The notes under the pieces are model-generated. The model ran no database searches. It was not told where the DNA came from and worked only from the letters and a program-made list of their open reading frames with translations. The position numbers were made by a program, and so were the translations under genes. 64,000 bases of DNA from an uncultured Alphaproteobacteria bacterium. Its GTDB lineage: Bacteria > Pseudomonadota > Alphaproteobacteria > Rhizobiales > Xanthobacteraceae. The stretch spans positions 53,672 through 117,671 of the forward strand of contig CAVUYV010000054.1 in the NCBI GenBank assembly GCA_963745785.1, given 5' to 3'. Positions 42,773-52,517 of the stretch are shown piece by piece (the stretch's first letter is position 1; each line of letters begins with the position of its first letter).

Positions 42773-43714
42773 ATGGATCGTCTTGAAGGCATGTCTATCG
42801 TGTTGGCGGTTGCAGAGGCCGGAAGCCTGTCGGCTGCGGCCCGCCGGCAGAAAATGCCGCTGGCAACCGTCAGCCGAAAAGTGTCCGAACTCGAAGCGCA
42901 CCTGCGCACCAAGCTGTTCAACCGGTCGAGCCGCGTGCTCGTGCCGACCGACGCCGGGCGCTCCTACATCGCCGCGGCAAAGAGAATTCTCGCCGATGTG
43001 GCCGAAGCCGAACGCGCCGCCTCCGGCGAGTACTCGACGCCGCGCGGAGAGTTGACCGTGTCGGCGCCCTTTGCGTTTGGCCGACTACACCTGGTGCCGG
43101 TGCTCGCGGAGTTCGTGGCGATGTATGCGGAGGTGGACATTCACCTCGATTTGCTGGACCGGCCGGTCAATCTTCTGGAGGAGCATGTCGATGTCGCGCT
43201 TCGGCTCGGGACCCTCGCCGACAGCAGCCTGATCGCCATCCGGGTTGGAGAAATCCGCCGCGTGTTGTGCGCGAGTCCGGCGTATCTGAAATCCCGCGGG
43301 ACGCCCAGATCCCCTGACGACCTCTCCAACCACGACTGCATCAGTTTCGTGCCGTTCCAGTCACCAACCACATGGACGTTCAAGACAGACCAGACCGAAC
43401 ATGTTGTGCCGGTGCGATCGCGACTCGTATTGAACAACCTTGAATCGGCCTGCGAAGCCGCGCGCGCGGGCATGGGGATTGCATCGGTATTCTCCTATCA
43501 ACTTGCAGGATCGGTCAAATCCGGAGAGCTGGCGCTGCTGCTGCAGGATTTCGAGCCGCCGCCGCTGCCCGTCAGCCTTGTGTATCCGCCCAATCGCTTC
43601 ATGCCGGTCAAGTTGCGCGCCTTCCTGGACTTCGCGGTGCCGCGCCTCAGAGCACGCATTGGCGATCTGCCGAAACGTGCCGCGCCACAAGGGCGAACTG
43701 GTCGCCCTGCTTAG
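42773..43714 (+). CDS. LysR family regulator (CrgA/DmlR-like)
   Basis: GSLSAAAR...VSRKVSELE..L..KLFNRSSR; VNLLEEHVDVALR. Confidence 0.94.
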   Translation: MDRLEGMSIVLAVAEAGSLSAAARRQKMPLATVSRKVSELEAHLRTKLFNRSSRVLVPTDAGRSYIAAAKRILADVAEAERAASGEYSTPRGELTVSAPFAFGRLHLVPVLAEFVAMYAEVDIHLDLLDRPVNLLEEHVDVALRLGTLADSSLIAIRVGEIRRVLCASPAYLKSRGTPRSPDDLSNHDCISFVPFQSPTTWTFKTDQTEHVVPVRSRLVLNNLESACEAARAGMGIASVFSYQLAGSVKSGELALLLQDFEPPPLPVSLVYPPNRFMPVKLRAFLDFAVPRLRARIGDLPKRAAPQGRTGRPA

Positions 43715-43863
43715 ATGAAGGACGATCAATTTCCGCGTCGGATCAGTCGCGTCGGTTTGACAGCACCTGGCGAATCCGCTGTTCGCAAGGAAATCACACC
43801 GATGTCCGCTAAGGGTCGGTCTAGAACCCGACACCCGCCGCCAGCCACTCATCCAGCGAAATG

Positions 43864-44380
43864 ATTTTGCCCGACGGGCAAATCACTTCTGATTTTCAGA
43901 AATGATGTCAAGCCCCGTTTTGCAAAAATATTTCTGTTTTCCTCCGACCCAAATCAGTTCACTGATTCGCCGTCCGGTCTCGACAAGAGGGGCGTTGCGC
44001 ACGTCATCAACGTGGGGCCGGATGCGGTGGACGCGGTTGGCGCACTTGACGAATGGTGCTGACGCGTACGGCGAAGTCGTGTCGTTCTGACGCCCCAATC
44101 GTTGGCGTCAAGTCTGCGATAAGAAGCGCAGGCGACGGTGTCAAAAAGCGTGGTCACCGGGGAGAGCACGAAGTAAACCGTAAAACCATTGCGCGGGGAA
44201 TGCCGGGATGATTCCGGTGTGACCGTGGTGACTAACTCGTATGCTTTTTTCACTGCATGCGAGGCTGCGGGTGCATTGGGCACCCGGCATTCCCTGCGCC
44301 CTCTGATTTCTCGGGGCGAACGTCTTGCAAAACCTCGGGCGCATCGCGCCGCGGGATCGCGGAGTCATGTTTTGAAATTA
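43864..44380. repeat. ~500-bp Bradyrhizobium-type non-coding repeat element
   Basis: GATTTTGCCCGACGGGCAAATC hairpin, GACGCGTACGGCGAAGTCGTG, CACCGGGGAGAGCACGAAGTAA, paired GGGAATGCCGG/CCGGCATTCCC; no credible ORF; family recognised from memory. Confidence 0.7.
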
Positions 44381-44385
44381 GACGC

Positions 44386-44590
44386 CGTCATTGCGAGGAG
44401 CAACCTGTCCGCCGTAGCTCAACGAGCGAAGGCGGAAGCGACGAAGCAATCCACACTTATTGCGCGGCAACATGGATTGCTTCGCGGAGCCTGTCATCGG
44501 GCGCGCATTCGCGCGACCCGTTGGCTCGCAATGACGCTCTTAGGACTCGTTACACCCACGCCGTCGTCGCCGGCGTTCGCGGGGACGACG
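44386..44590. repeat. REP-like cluster
   Basis: CGTCATTGCGAG...GAAGCAATCC...GGATTGCTTCG...CTCGCAATGACG, then CGTCGTC...GACGACG. Confidence 0.75.
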
Positions 44591-44593
44591 ACC

Positions 44594-47476
44594 CTAACTC
44601 GCCGCCTCGAGCCGCTCTTCGGTCAACAGCCGCATCGCGGCGTCGGCGTCCATCGGCTCGCCGAAGGCGAAGCCTTGCGCGTATTCGCAGCCCAACTGAT
44701 AGAGCTCGACCGCATCCGAATCGGTCTCGGCGCCTTCGGCGACCACGTCCATGCCGAGGTCGTGCGCCATCGCGATGATCGATTTCAGGATCACCGGGCG
44801 GGTGCCGCGGCCGGTGGTGCGCACGAAGGACTGGTCGATCTTGATGGTGTCGAACGGAAAGCGCTGCAGATAGGCCAGCGACGAATGGCCGGTGCCGAAA
44901 TCGTCGAGCGACAATCCGGTGCCGAGCTCGCGGATCCGGGTCAGCATCTGCGCCGCGTGCTCCGGGTTCTCCATCACAAGGGATTCGGTCAGTTCCAGCT
45001 TCAGCGTGCCGCGCGCCACCGAGGAGCGCGACAGCACGGTGCGGATGTCGTGGATCAGATCGTGCCGCAACAATTGCCGCGAGGACACGTTGACGCTGGC
45101 AAAAATCGGTTCGCGCGAACGCATCGCGCGCTGCCAGATCGAAAGCTGCCGGGCGGTCTGGTCCAGGACGAACATCCCGAGATCGACGATCAGGCCAATC
45201 TCCTCGGCAACCGTGATGAATTCCAGCGGCGACATCCGCCCCAGTTTGGGATGATCCCAGCGCGCCAGGGCCTCGAAGCCGGCGATCGAGCGATCCTCCA
45301 GCCGCACGATCGGCTGATACAGCAGGGTGATCTCCTGGCGCTCGATGGCACGGCGCAATTCACTTTCCAGCGTCAGCCGGTCGGTCTTGCGCGCGCGCAT
45401 CGCCGGCTTGTAGACGTCGATGCGGTCGCCGCCGATCCGCTTGGAATGGTACATCGCAAGCTCGGCGTCCTTGATGATCTCCTCGGAGAGCTGCGTCTGC
45501 GGGTCAGAGAGCGCGAGGCCGATCGAGGCGGTGAGGAAAATCTCGCGGTCGTTGAAGGCGATCGGCGCGCGGATGGTCTTGCGGATGGTTTCGGCAAAGG
45601 CGGTGATGCGCGCCGATTCCTGTTCCGACATCAGGATCAGGCCGAACTGGTCGCCGGCCAGCCGCGCCAGCGTGTCCTGGGGTTTGAGAATGCGCGTCAG
45701 CCGCCGCGCCAAGGTCAGCAGGATCGAATCGCCGACCGCGATGCCGACGGAATCATTGACCTGCTTGAAGCGGTCGAGATCGATCACCATCAGCGTCGGC
45801 CGCAGGTTCGGCACGGTCTTGGCGAAATTGGCGACCGCGCTCAAGCGGTCGATGAACAATTTGCGGTTCGGCAGGCCGGTCAGATTGTCATGCACGGAAT
45901 CATGCAGCATGCGTTCTTCGGCGTTCTTGGTCTCGGTCACGTCGGAGAGCGTTCCGACCACCCGCGACACTTCGCCGTCGGAGCCGACCACCGGACGCGC
46001 CTTGAGCGCGAACCACATGAAATGGCCGTCCGGCGTGCGCAGCCGGAAATCCTGCACCAGCCGGCCGCGGCGCTGGTCGAGCACGCTGTCGAGCGCGGCG
46101 CGGAAACGGTCCTGATCGAGCGGATGCAGCACCTCGAGCCATTTCGCCGCTGGCCCCTCCAGCGTGCCGCGTTTCAAGCCGAGCAGGCTCTCGGTTTCGG
46201 GGCTGGTGAAGACCTTGTCCGCCGACACATCCCAGTCCCAGATCAGGTCGCCGGAGCCGGTCAGCGCCAGCGCCCGGCGCTCGACGTCGGAGACGACGCC
46301 GGTGGTCGCGCCGCCGCCGGCAAACGCGTGCTGCATCACCGTAAACCCAATGAGCATCACGATCAGCACCAACCCGCCGAGCAGCGCGGGACCGACGATG
46401 TCGTTGGTGACGCTGCCGGCGATGGTCATGCCCGCCGCGACCACCCAGACCACCAGCAGGAACCAGGTCGGGATCAACAGCACGGCGCGATCAAAACCGT
46501 GGGTCGAGAGATAGACGATCAGGGCAAAGCCCGCGAACGCGATCAGAACCAGCGACATCCGCGCGATGCCGGAGGCGACCGCCGGATCGAACAAGGCCAG
46601 CGCCACCAGCGAGCCGAGAAAGACCAGCCAGCCGACGGTGATATGGGAATAGCGCACATGCCAGCGGCTGAGATTGAGATAGGCGAACAAAAACACCAGC
46701 AGCGTCGCGGCCAGGATCGCTTCGCCGGCGGCGCGCCACACCCGCTCGGCATTGTTCGACATGTCGAGCACCTTGCCCCAGAAGCCGAAATCGACGCCGA
46801 TATAGACCAGCACCGCCCACGCCAGCGCCGCGGCGGCCGGAAACATGATGCTGCCCTTGACCACGAACAGGATCGTCAGCACCAGCGCCAGCAATCCGGA
46901 AATGCCGATCACGATGCCCTGGTACAGCGTGAACGAGTTGACCTTGTCCTTGTAGGCGTCGGGCTCCCACAGATAGAGCTGCGGCAGCTTGTCGGTGCGC
47001 AGCTCCGCGACAAAGGTGAGGACGGCGCCGGGATCGAGGGTGATGCGGAAGATGTCGGCGGTCGCGCTCTCCTGGCGCTCGGGGCGGTCGCCGGTCGACG
47101 GCGTGATGGTGGCGATCCGCGACAGTCCGAGATCGGGCCACAACAGCCCCGACGACACGATGCGATAGTGAGGGGCAACGATCAGGCGATCGAGCTGGTC
47201 GTCGGTGTTGTTGGCGAGCGCGAACACCACCCAGTTCTGTCCGCCTTCGCGGGCGCGGACTTCGATGCGGCGGACGATGCCGTCGGTGCCAGGTGCGGTG
47301 GAGACCTGGATGCGGTCGGTGTCGCTGCGCTGGTGATCGAGCACCGCGGTAAGGTCGATCGCGGGCGCGTCGCTGCGGACGCTGACGGCGTCGATCGCGC
47401 GCGCCGGCTGCGCGGCGGCAAAAATCATGAGGCCCAGCGCGAGGGGCGCGAGGCACCTGATCAGACGCAATTTCAA
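44594..47476 (-). CDS. Membrane sensor PAS-GGDEF-EAL protein (probable c-di-GMP phosphodiesterase)
   Basis: Periplasmic domain plus multiple TMs; HDNLTGLPNR, degenerate AGDQF, FEALARW, DDFGTG, VAEGAE. Confidence 0.92.
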   Translation of the reverse strand: MKLRLIRCLAPLALGLMIFAAAQPARAIDAVSVRSDAPAIDLTAVLDHQRSDTDRIQVSTAPGTDGIVRRIEVRAREGGQNWVVFALANNTDDQLDRLIVAPHYRIVSSGLLWPDLGLSRIATITPSTGDRPERQESATADIFRITLDPGAVLTFVAELRTDKLPQLYLWEPDAYKDKVNSFTLYQGIVIGISGLLALVLTILFVVKGSIMFPAAAALAWAVLVYIGVDFGFWGKVLDMSNNAERVWRAAGEAILAATLLVFLFAYLNLSRWHVRYSHITVGWLVFLGSLVALALFDPAVASGIARMSLVLIAFAGFALIVYLSTHGFDRAVLLIPTWFLLVVWVVAAGMTIAGSVTNDIVGPALLGGLVLIVMLIGFTVMQHAFAGGGATTGVVSDVERRALALTGSGDLIWDWDVSADKVFTSPETESLLGLKRGTLEGPAAKWLEVLHPLDQDRFRAALDSVLDQRRGRLVQDFRLRTPDGHFMWFALKARPVVGSDGEVSRVVGTLSDVTETKNAEERMLHDSVHDNLTGLPNRKLFIDRLSAVANFAKTVPNLRPTLMVIDLDRFKQVNDSVGIAVGDSILLTLARRLTRILKPQDTLARLAGDQFGLILMSEQESARITAFAETIRKTIRAPIAFNDREIFLTASIGLALSDPQTQLSEEIIKDAELAMYHSKRIGGDRIDVYKPAMRARKTDRLTLESELRRAIERQEITLLYQPIVRLEDRSIAGFEALARWDHPKLGRMSPLEFITVAEEIGLIVDLGMFVLDQTARQLSIWQRAMRSREPIFASVNVSSRQLLRHDLIHDIRTVLSRSSVARGTLKLELTESLVMENPEHAAQMLTRIRELGTGLSLDDFGTGHSSLAYLQRFPFDTIKIDQSFVRTTGRGTRPVILKSIIAMAHDLGMDVVAEGAETDSDAVELYQLGCEYAQGFAFGEPMDADAAMRLLTEERLEAAS

Positions 47477-47589
47477 TTCTCCGCGATCAACGACGCCTTC
47501 CGGGCGAAGCGAGCCGGCCCGGGTGCGCGATAAATGACACGAAAGTAAGGGAAATCAAAGGGTTTCCGGCAGCGCCGGGCCCGCGAGTA

Positions 47590-48588
47590 TCAAGCCACCA
47601 ACACAATTTTGCCAATATGTTCGCTCGTCTCCATGCGCCGATGCGCGTCGGCGGCCTTTTCCAATGGAAATGTGCTGTCGATCAAGGGTTTTATGCGCCC
47701 GTCGCGCAACAGCGGTATCACCTTGGCTTCGATCGCGGCCACCATCGCCGCCTTGTCCGCATTGCTGCGGGGACGCAGCGTCGAGCCGGTGTGATGCAGC
47801 CGTTTCACCATCAGCTTGGCGAAATTTACATTCGCCTTGGGTCCGCCGAGAAACGCGATCTGGACCACGCGGCCCTCGACCGCCGCCGCGTCGTAATTGC
47901 GTTCGATGTAATCGCCGCCGACCATGTCGAGAATGACATTGGCGCCGGCGCCATCGGTCGCGTTCTTTGCCTCGGTGACAAAATCGTCGGTCTTGTAATT
48001 GACGGCACGGTCGGCGCCGAGCTTGAGGCAGGCGTCGGCCTTGTCCTTCGATCCGACGGTGACGATCACTTTTGCGCCAAAGGCTTTCGCAAGCTGGATC
48101 GCCATGGTGCCGATGCCGGACGAGCCGCCATGGATCAACAGCGTCTCGCCAGCCTTCAGCGCGCCGCGCTCGAACACATTGTGCCAGACCGTCATCAGCG
48201 TTTCCGGGATGGCGGCGGCCTCGATCATCGACAGCGACGGCGGCACCGTCATCGCCTGGGCATCCTGCGCGATGCAATATTGCGCGTAGCCGCCACCGGC
48301 CACCAGCGACATCACCTTGTCGCCGAGCTTGTGCCTGGCGACGCCCGGGCCGACCGCCACAACCTCGCCCGCAACTTCAAGGCCGGGCAGATCGCTGGCG
48401 CCGGGCGGCGGCGGGTAGCTGCCGGATCGTTGCGCGACGTCGGGACGATTGACGCCGGCGGCTATTACCTTGATCAGGATTTCGCCGCGCCCGGGGGTGG
48501 GCACCGGGCGGGTTTCCGGCAAGAGCACCTCCGGGCCGCCGGGCTTGCTGATGCCGATCACGGTCATTTGCGCGGGCAGCTGTTCCAT
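47590..48588 (-). CDS. NAD(P)H-quinone oxidoreductase (PIG3/zeta-crystallin family)
   Basis: GVNRPD, PGLEVAG, HGGSSGIG, GSTLRPR, HIGKIVL. Confidence 0.92.
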   Translation of the reverse strand: MEQLPAQMTVIGISKPGGPEVLLPETRPVPTPGRGEILIKVIAAGVNRPDVAQRSGSYPPPPGASDLPGLEVAGEVVAVGPGVARHKLGDKVMSLVAGGGYAQYCIAQDAQAMTVPPSLSMIEAAAIPETLMTVWHNVFERGALKAGETLLIHGGSSGIGTMAIQLAKAFGAKVIVTVGSKDKADACLKLGADRAVNYKTDDFVTEAKNATDGAGANVILDMVGGDYIERNYDAAAVEGRVVQIAFLGGPKANVNFAKLMVKRLHHTGSTLRPRSNADKAAMVAAIEAKVIPLLRDGRIKPLIDSTFPLEKAADAHRRMETSEHIGKIVLVA

Positions 48589-48689
48589 GATTTGTCCTTG
48601 GCCGAAGGCGGGAAAATTTGAAGAGGCACCTGATTAGCCAGCCGCGCTTCGGCTGGCAACCGTTGAACGTTGAGCACGGAGGAGAACGC

Positions 48690-48881
48690 ATGGCCATCGA
48701 GGACGATGACAGGCCGAGGAAGAAAGTCACCCATGAGATCGGGCAGGACCTGTCACTGCTGTCGGTCGAGGAGCTTGCCGAGCGCATCGCGCTGATGACT
48801 TCGGAAATCGAGCGGCTGCAAGCGGCCATGACCAAAAAGCGCGCCTCCAGGGACGCCGCCAACAGCGTTTTCAAGTCGTGA
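48690..48881 (+). CDS. DUF1192 protein
   Basis: IGQDLSLLSVEELAERIA..EIERL...A..VFK; GGAGGAG RBS. Confidence 0.88.
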   Translation: MAIEDDDRPRKKVTHEIGQDLSLLSVEELAERIALMTSEIERLQAAMTKKRASRDAANSVFKS

Positions 48882-48928
48882 GAGGAGTGCCTGAGGTTCT
48901 TTGCTTCTCGCCTCGCACAACCACTCTG

Positions 48929-49034
48929 CCGTCATGGCCGGGCAAAAGCGCGAAGCGCGTCTTTGCGCTAGACGTCCCGGCCATCCACGTCTTCGCTTTC
49001 CAGCCGCGGCCAAGACGTAGATGCCCGGCACAAG
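48929..49034. repeat. REP-like element truncated on the right
   Basis: CCGTCATGGCCGGGC...CCCGGCCATCCACGTC...GACGTAGATGCCCGGCACAAG. Confidence 0.7.
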
Positions 49035-49087
49035 TGTTCAGCCCGGGGACATAGCCGACACCTGTTCGGGGACATGACCGACACTTT
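49035..49087 (+). mobile_element. Solo IS481-like terminal fragment
   Basis: Starts TGT; two direct repeats GGGGACAT(A/G)(G/A)CCGACAC typical of IS481-family ends; no transposase. Confidence 0.55.
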
Positions 49088-49198
49088 TTCCGCCCGTCAA
49101 GTCGATGGTAGCAACCTGGTGGGCGGCGAAGAAGACGCTGTATTGCGCGGGTCGGCCAATGGCCGACATGGCAAACGAAGGCTGAATAAATTAATTCG

Positions 49199-49213
49199 TT
49201 TACGATTGATTAA
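49199..49213. promoter_or_regulatory. CtrA-like box
   Basis: TTTA-N7-TTAA upstream of sRNA and rcdA. Confidence 0.45.
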
Positions 49214-49235
49214 GGCTTCTCGTCTATGACTGTGG

Positions 49236-49331
49236 CGTCCTCGTTTGGACACCGAGTGGCTCCTGTCCACTCTGTTTGACGCCTCCCTGTTATCAACTTC
49301 AAAGCCGCCGGAAACGGCGGCTCTTTTTTTG
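49236..49331 (+). ncRNA. Small RNA, probably BjrC1505-like
   Basis: GAGTGG-ctcctgt-CCACTC hairpin, CCTCCC anti-SD, terminator AGCCGCCG-gaaa-CGGCGGCT-CTTTTTTT; position before rcdA-rpmE fits recalled synteny. Confidence 0.65.
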
Positions 49332-49478
49332 GGACGTGTCCTCCCGTCACCGCACCAGCTGGAAACCATAATAAGTCTTGCGGCTGGACTCTCGTCCGCG
49401 GGCGCGCAATGATTTGTTCATCATAAGCCGGCGCGCGGTTGAAGCTGGCAGCGTAAACAGTGGTGTGAGGCGTTAACC

Positions 49479-50009
49479 ATGTCGGACCGTTCGCAAGGCG
49501 AAGCCGCTCTCGTGCAATTCAGCGAACGGCTGACCAATTCCGCAGCGTTCGGCACCCTGTTCCGCGAAGGCATGGATCTGGTCGAGGAGACCGCGGCCTA
49601 TCTCGACGGCGCCGGCCGCGCCCAGGCCAAGGCGCTCGACCGCTCCGTCAGCCTTACCTACGCAACCGAAAGCATGCGGCTGACCACGCGCCTGATGCAG
49701 TTGGCGTCATGGCTATTGCTGCACCGCGCGGTGAAGGAAGGCGAGATGACGCTGACCCAGGCCAATCGGGAAAAGACCAAGGTCAAGCTCAGCGCCGCCG
49801 ACCCCGGCCCGGCCGACATGGTCGAAAAGTTGCCGCAGCAGTTGCAGGACCTGATCGCCCGCTCGATGACACTGCAAACCAAGGTCCGTCGCCTCGACAC
49901 CACCATTCATGCGCCGGTGACGGAGCGCGCCGCGATCGGCAATCCGCTGGTGCCGCAGCTCAATCGGCTGAAGGCGGCGTTCGAGCAATCCTCGCTGCGC
50001 GGCAAATAA
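49479..50009 (+). CDS. rcdA: Regulator of CtrA degradation RcdA (DUF1465)
   Basis: GMDLVEETAAYLDG.GR, YATESMRLTTRLMQLASWLL. Confidence 0.9.
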   Translation: MSDRSQGEAALVQFSERLTNSAAFGTLFREGMDLVEETAAYLDGAGRAQAKALDRSVSLTYATESMRLTTRLMQLASWLLLHRAVKEGEMTLTQANREKTKVKLSAADPGPADMVEKLPQQLQDLIARSMTLQTKVRRLDTTIHAPVTERAAIGNPLVPQLNRLKAAFEQSSLRGK

Positions 50010-50071
50010 AAACGCCCCGGCGTGAGCCGAGGCGTCTGATTTCTGTCCCCGAATGAGAGGCTCGAGAGACC

Positions 50072-50299
50072 TCAATCCTTCTTGAGGAAGCCCGAAAACT
50101 TCTTCTGGAACCGGGATACCCGGCCGCCGCGATCCAGGATCTGCTGGGCGCCGCCGATCCAGGCCGGGTGCGACTTGGAGTCGATATCGAGATTGAGCTT
50201 GTCGCCTTCCTTGCCCCAGGTGGAACGCGTCCGGTATTCGGTGCCGTCGGTCATCACGACCGTAATCATATGATAATTCGGGTGAATATCGGCTTTCAT
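50072..50299 (-). CDS. rpmE: 50S ribosomal protein L31 (Cys-free type)
   Basis: [10 protein letters not shown]...[13 protein letters not shown]...GRVSRF. Confidence 0.96.
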   Translation of the reverse strand: MKADIHPNYHMITVVMTDGTEYRTRSTWGKEGDKLNLDIDSKSHPAWIGGAQQILDRGGRVSRFQKKFSGFLKKD

Positions 50300-50480
50300 G
50301 GCAGATCCTTCGGCGCCTGCGCCTGTATTTCGGCGGCTGTGGTGACGGATTTGGCGGGCTCTATAACGCGTCAGGCCCCCTAAAACAAGCGAGCATCCTC
50401 CCGAATTCGTGTGTTTGCGGATTTGCCAGCGCTGGCAACGGGCCCTATTTGGGAAGGCAGTAGCGATTGGTCCAGATCTC

Positions 50481-52340
50481 ATGAGCGCAGTGGAACCGCT
50501 GGAAGACCGGCATGGCGGAGCGTCGCTCGGAGGCCGTGCGGAGCCGGCACAGGCATCCTCCATCGAAGCCCAGCTGACGCAGTCGGCGGCGAGCGGTCGC
50601 GCGCGGCTTCGTCCGCTGCTTGCGCTGGTCCCTTATGTGGCGCGCTATCGCGGGCGCGCTGTTCTGGCTTTCATTGCGCTCACGGTCGCCGCAGTCACCA
50701 CGCTGATCGTGCCGGTCGCGGCGCGGCGGATGATCGACTTCGGGTTCTCGCCCGAAGGCATCGCCCTGATCAACAGCTACTTCAGCGTGATGATCGCGAT
50801 GGTCGCGGTACTCGCCGCCGCCAGCGCGTCGCGGTTTTATCTGGTGATGACCATCGGCGAGCGCATCGTCGCGGATTTGCGGCGCGACGTGTTCGCTCAT
50901 TTGGTGTCGCTGTCGCCGGCATTTTTCAATTCCGCGCGCAGCGGCGAACTGATCTCGCGCCTCACCGCCGATACCACCCAGATCAAGTCAGCGGTCGGCG
51001 CGTCGGTATCGACCGCGCTGCGCAATGTGATGCTGTTCGTCGGCGCCACCGCGATGATGGTGATCACCAGCCCGCGGCTTTCGGGCTTTGTCCTGTTGGC
51101 AATCCCGCTGATTGTGTTGCCGCTGGTGGCGTTCGGGCGCTGGGTGCGACGTTTGTCGCGCAAGGCCCAGGATACCCTGGCGGAGGCCACCGCCTATGCT
51201 TCGGAGCTGGTCGGCGCCATCCGCACCGTGCAGGCCTATACCAGCGAGCGGCTGGCAAAAGCGCGTTTCGGCGGCGAAGTCGAGCAGGCCTATGAAGCGG
51301 CGCGCAGTTCGACCCGGGCGCGCGCAGTCCTGACCGCGATCATCATCTTCATTGTTTTTACCAGCGTCGTGTTGATCCTCTGGGTGGGATCGCACGATGT
51401 GCTGACCGGCACCATCAGTATGGGCCGGCTTGGCCAGTTCGTATTGTACACGGCTTTCGCCGCCGCGGCGCTCGGCGCGCTCAGCGAGGTCTGGGGCGAT
51501 GTCTCGGCCGCCTCCGGCGCAGCGGAACGCTTGTTCGAAATTCTGCGCGTCAAGTCGCAGATCGCGGCACCGGCATCGCCGCGCGCCTTGCCGGTGCCGG
51601 CGCGCGGCGATGTCAGCCTGGAAAACGTCAGCTTCGCCTATCCGACGCGGCCGGATGCGCTGGCGGTGGACGGCGTTTCGCTGTCGGTACGCGCCGGCGA
51701 GAAGGTTGCGATCGTCGGCCCCTCGGGTGCCGGAAAGAGCACGCTGTTTCACCTGCTGCTGCGGTTCTACGATCCCGCGCACGGCGTGATCTCGTTCGAT
51801 GGCGTTCCGATCAGAACGGCCGATCCGCGCGAGGTGCGTGCGCGCATCGCCTTGGTGCCGCAGGATTCGGTGGTGTTCGCCACGACCGCGCGCGAAAACA
51901 TCCGCTTCGGCCGGCCCGATGCCGATGATGCCGAGGTCGAGCGGGCCGCCGAGCTTGCTCACGCCACCGAATTCATCCGCCGCCTGCCGGGCGGATTCGA
52001 AGCGCAGCTCGGCGAACGCGGCGTGACGCTGTCGGGAGGGCAGCGCCAGCGCATCGCCATTGCGCGTGCGATCCTGCGCGACGCGCCGCTGCTGCTGCTC
52101 GACGAAGCGACATCCTCGCTCGATGCCGAGAGCGAAACGCTGGTGCAGACAGCGCTTGAGGAATTGATGTATCACCGCACCACGCTGGTGATCGCCCATC
52201 GCCTCGCTACCGTGTTGTCCTGCGACCGCATCATGGTGATGGATAAAGGCCGCATCGTCGAGCAGGGCACCCATGCCTCGCTGGTCGCCGCCAATGGACT
52301 CTATGCGCGGCTGGCGAGATTGCAGTTCGAGGGGGTGTGA
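50481..52340 (+). CDS. ABC exporter, fused TMD-NBD (MsbA-like family)
   Basis: TM domain; [29 protein letters not shown]. Confidence 0.93.
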   Translation: MSAVEPLEDRHGGASLGGRAEPAQASSIEAQLTQSAASGRARLRPLLALVPYVARYRGRAVLAFIALTVAAVTTLIVPVAARRMIDFGFSPEGIALINSYFSVMIAMVAVLAAASASRFYLVMTIGERIVADLRRDVFAHLVSLSPAFFNSARSGELISRLTADTTQIKSAVGASVSTALRNVMLFVGATAMMVITSPRLSGFVLLAIPLIVLPLVAFGRWVRRLSRKAQDTLAEATAYASELVGAIRTVQAYTSERLAKARFGGEVEQAYEAARSSTRARAVLTAIIIFIVFTSVVLILWVGSHDVLTGTISMGRLGQFVLYTAFAAAALGALSEVWGDVSAASGAAERLFEILRVKSQIAAPASPRALPVPARGDVSLENVSFAYPTRPDALAVDGVSLSVRAGEKVAIVGPSGAGKSTLFHLLLRFYDPAHGVISFDGVPIRTADPREVRARIALVPQDSVVFATTARENIRFGRPDADDAEVERAAELAHATEFIRRLPGGFEAQLGERGVTLSGGQRQRIAIARAILRDAPLLLLDEATSSLDAESETLVQTALEELMYHRTTLVIAHRLATVLSCDRIMVMDKGRIVEQGTHASLVAANGLYARLARLQFEGV

Positions 52341-52375
52341 GCTTTCGGCTATGACGTAGCGTCACACCGCGCCCC

Positions 52376-52478
52376 GTGGTCATCACCCGCGAAAGCGGGT
52401 GATCCAGTACTCCATGACACTGGCGTTCGACTTCAGCGCTTCAGAATACTGGATACTCCGCTTTCGCGGAGTAGACAG
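52376..52478. repeat. REP-like palindromic doublet
   Basis: GTCATCACCCGCGAAAGCGGGTGATCCAGTA...TACTGGATACTCCGCTTTCGCGGAGTA. Confidence 0.72.
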
Positions 52479-52517
52479 CTGAATACGGGGATGCGCCGCA
52501 AACAACCGCTACGGCTT

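Noticed and set aside
43883-44778. Short ORFs within the long repeat and REP cluster
   Set aside because: Lie in palindromic non-coding repeats; no RBS or domain support
44189-47533. 1114-aa plus-strand ORF
   Set aside because: Antisense shadow of the GGDEF-EAL gene, starting inside repeats; no motifs; typical high-GC artefact
50300-50563. N-terminal extension of L31
   Set aside because: Overlaps the divergent promoter and ABC gene; canonical start MKADIHP at 50299 has an RBS
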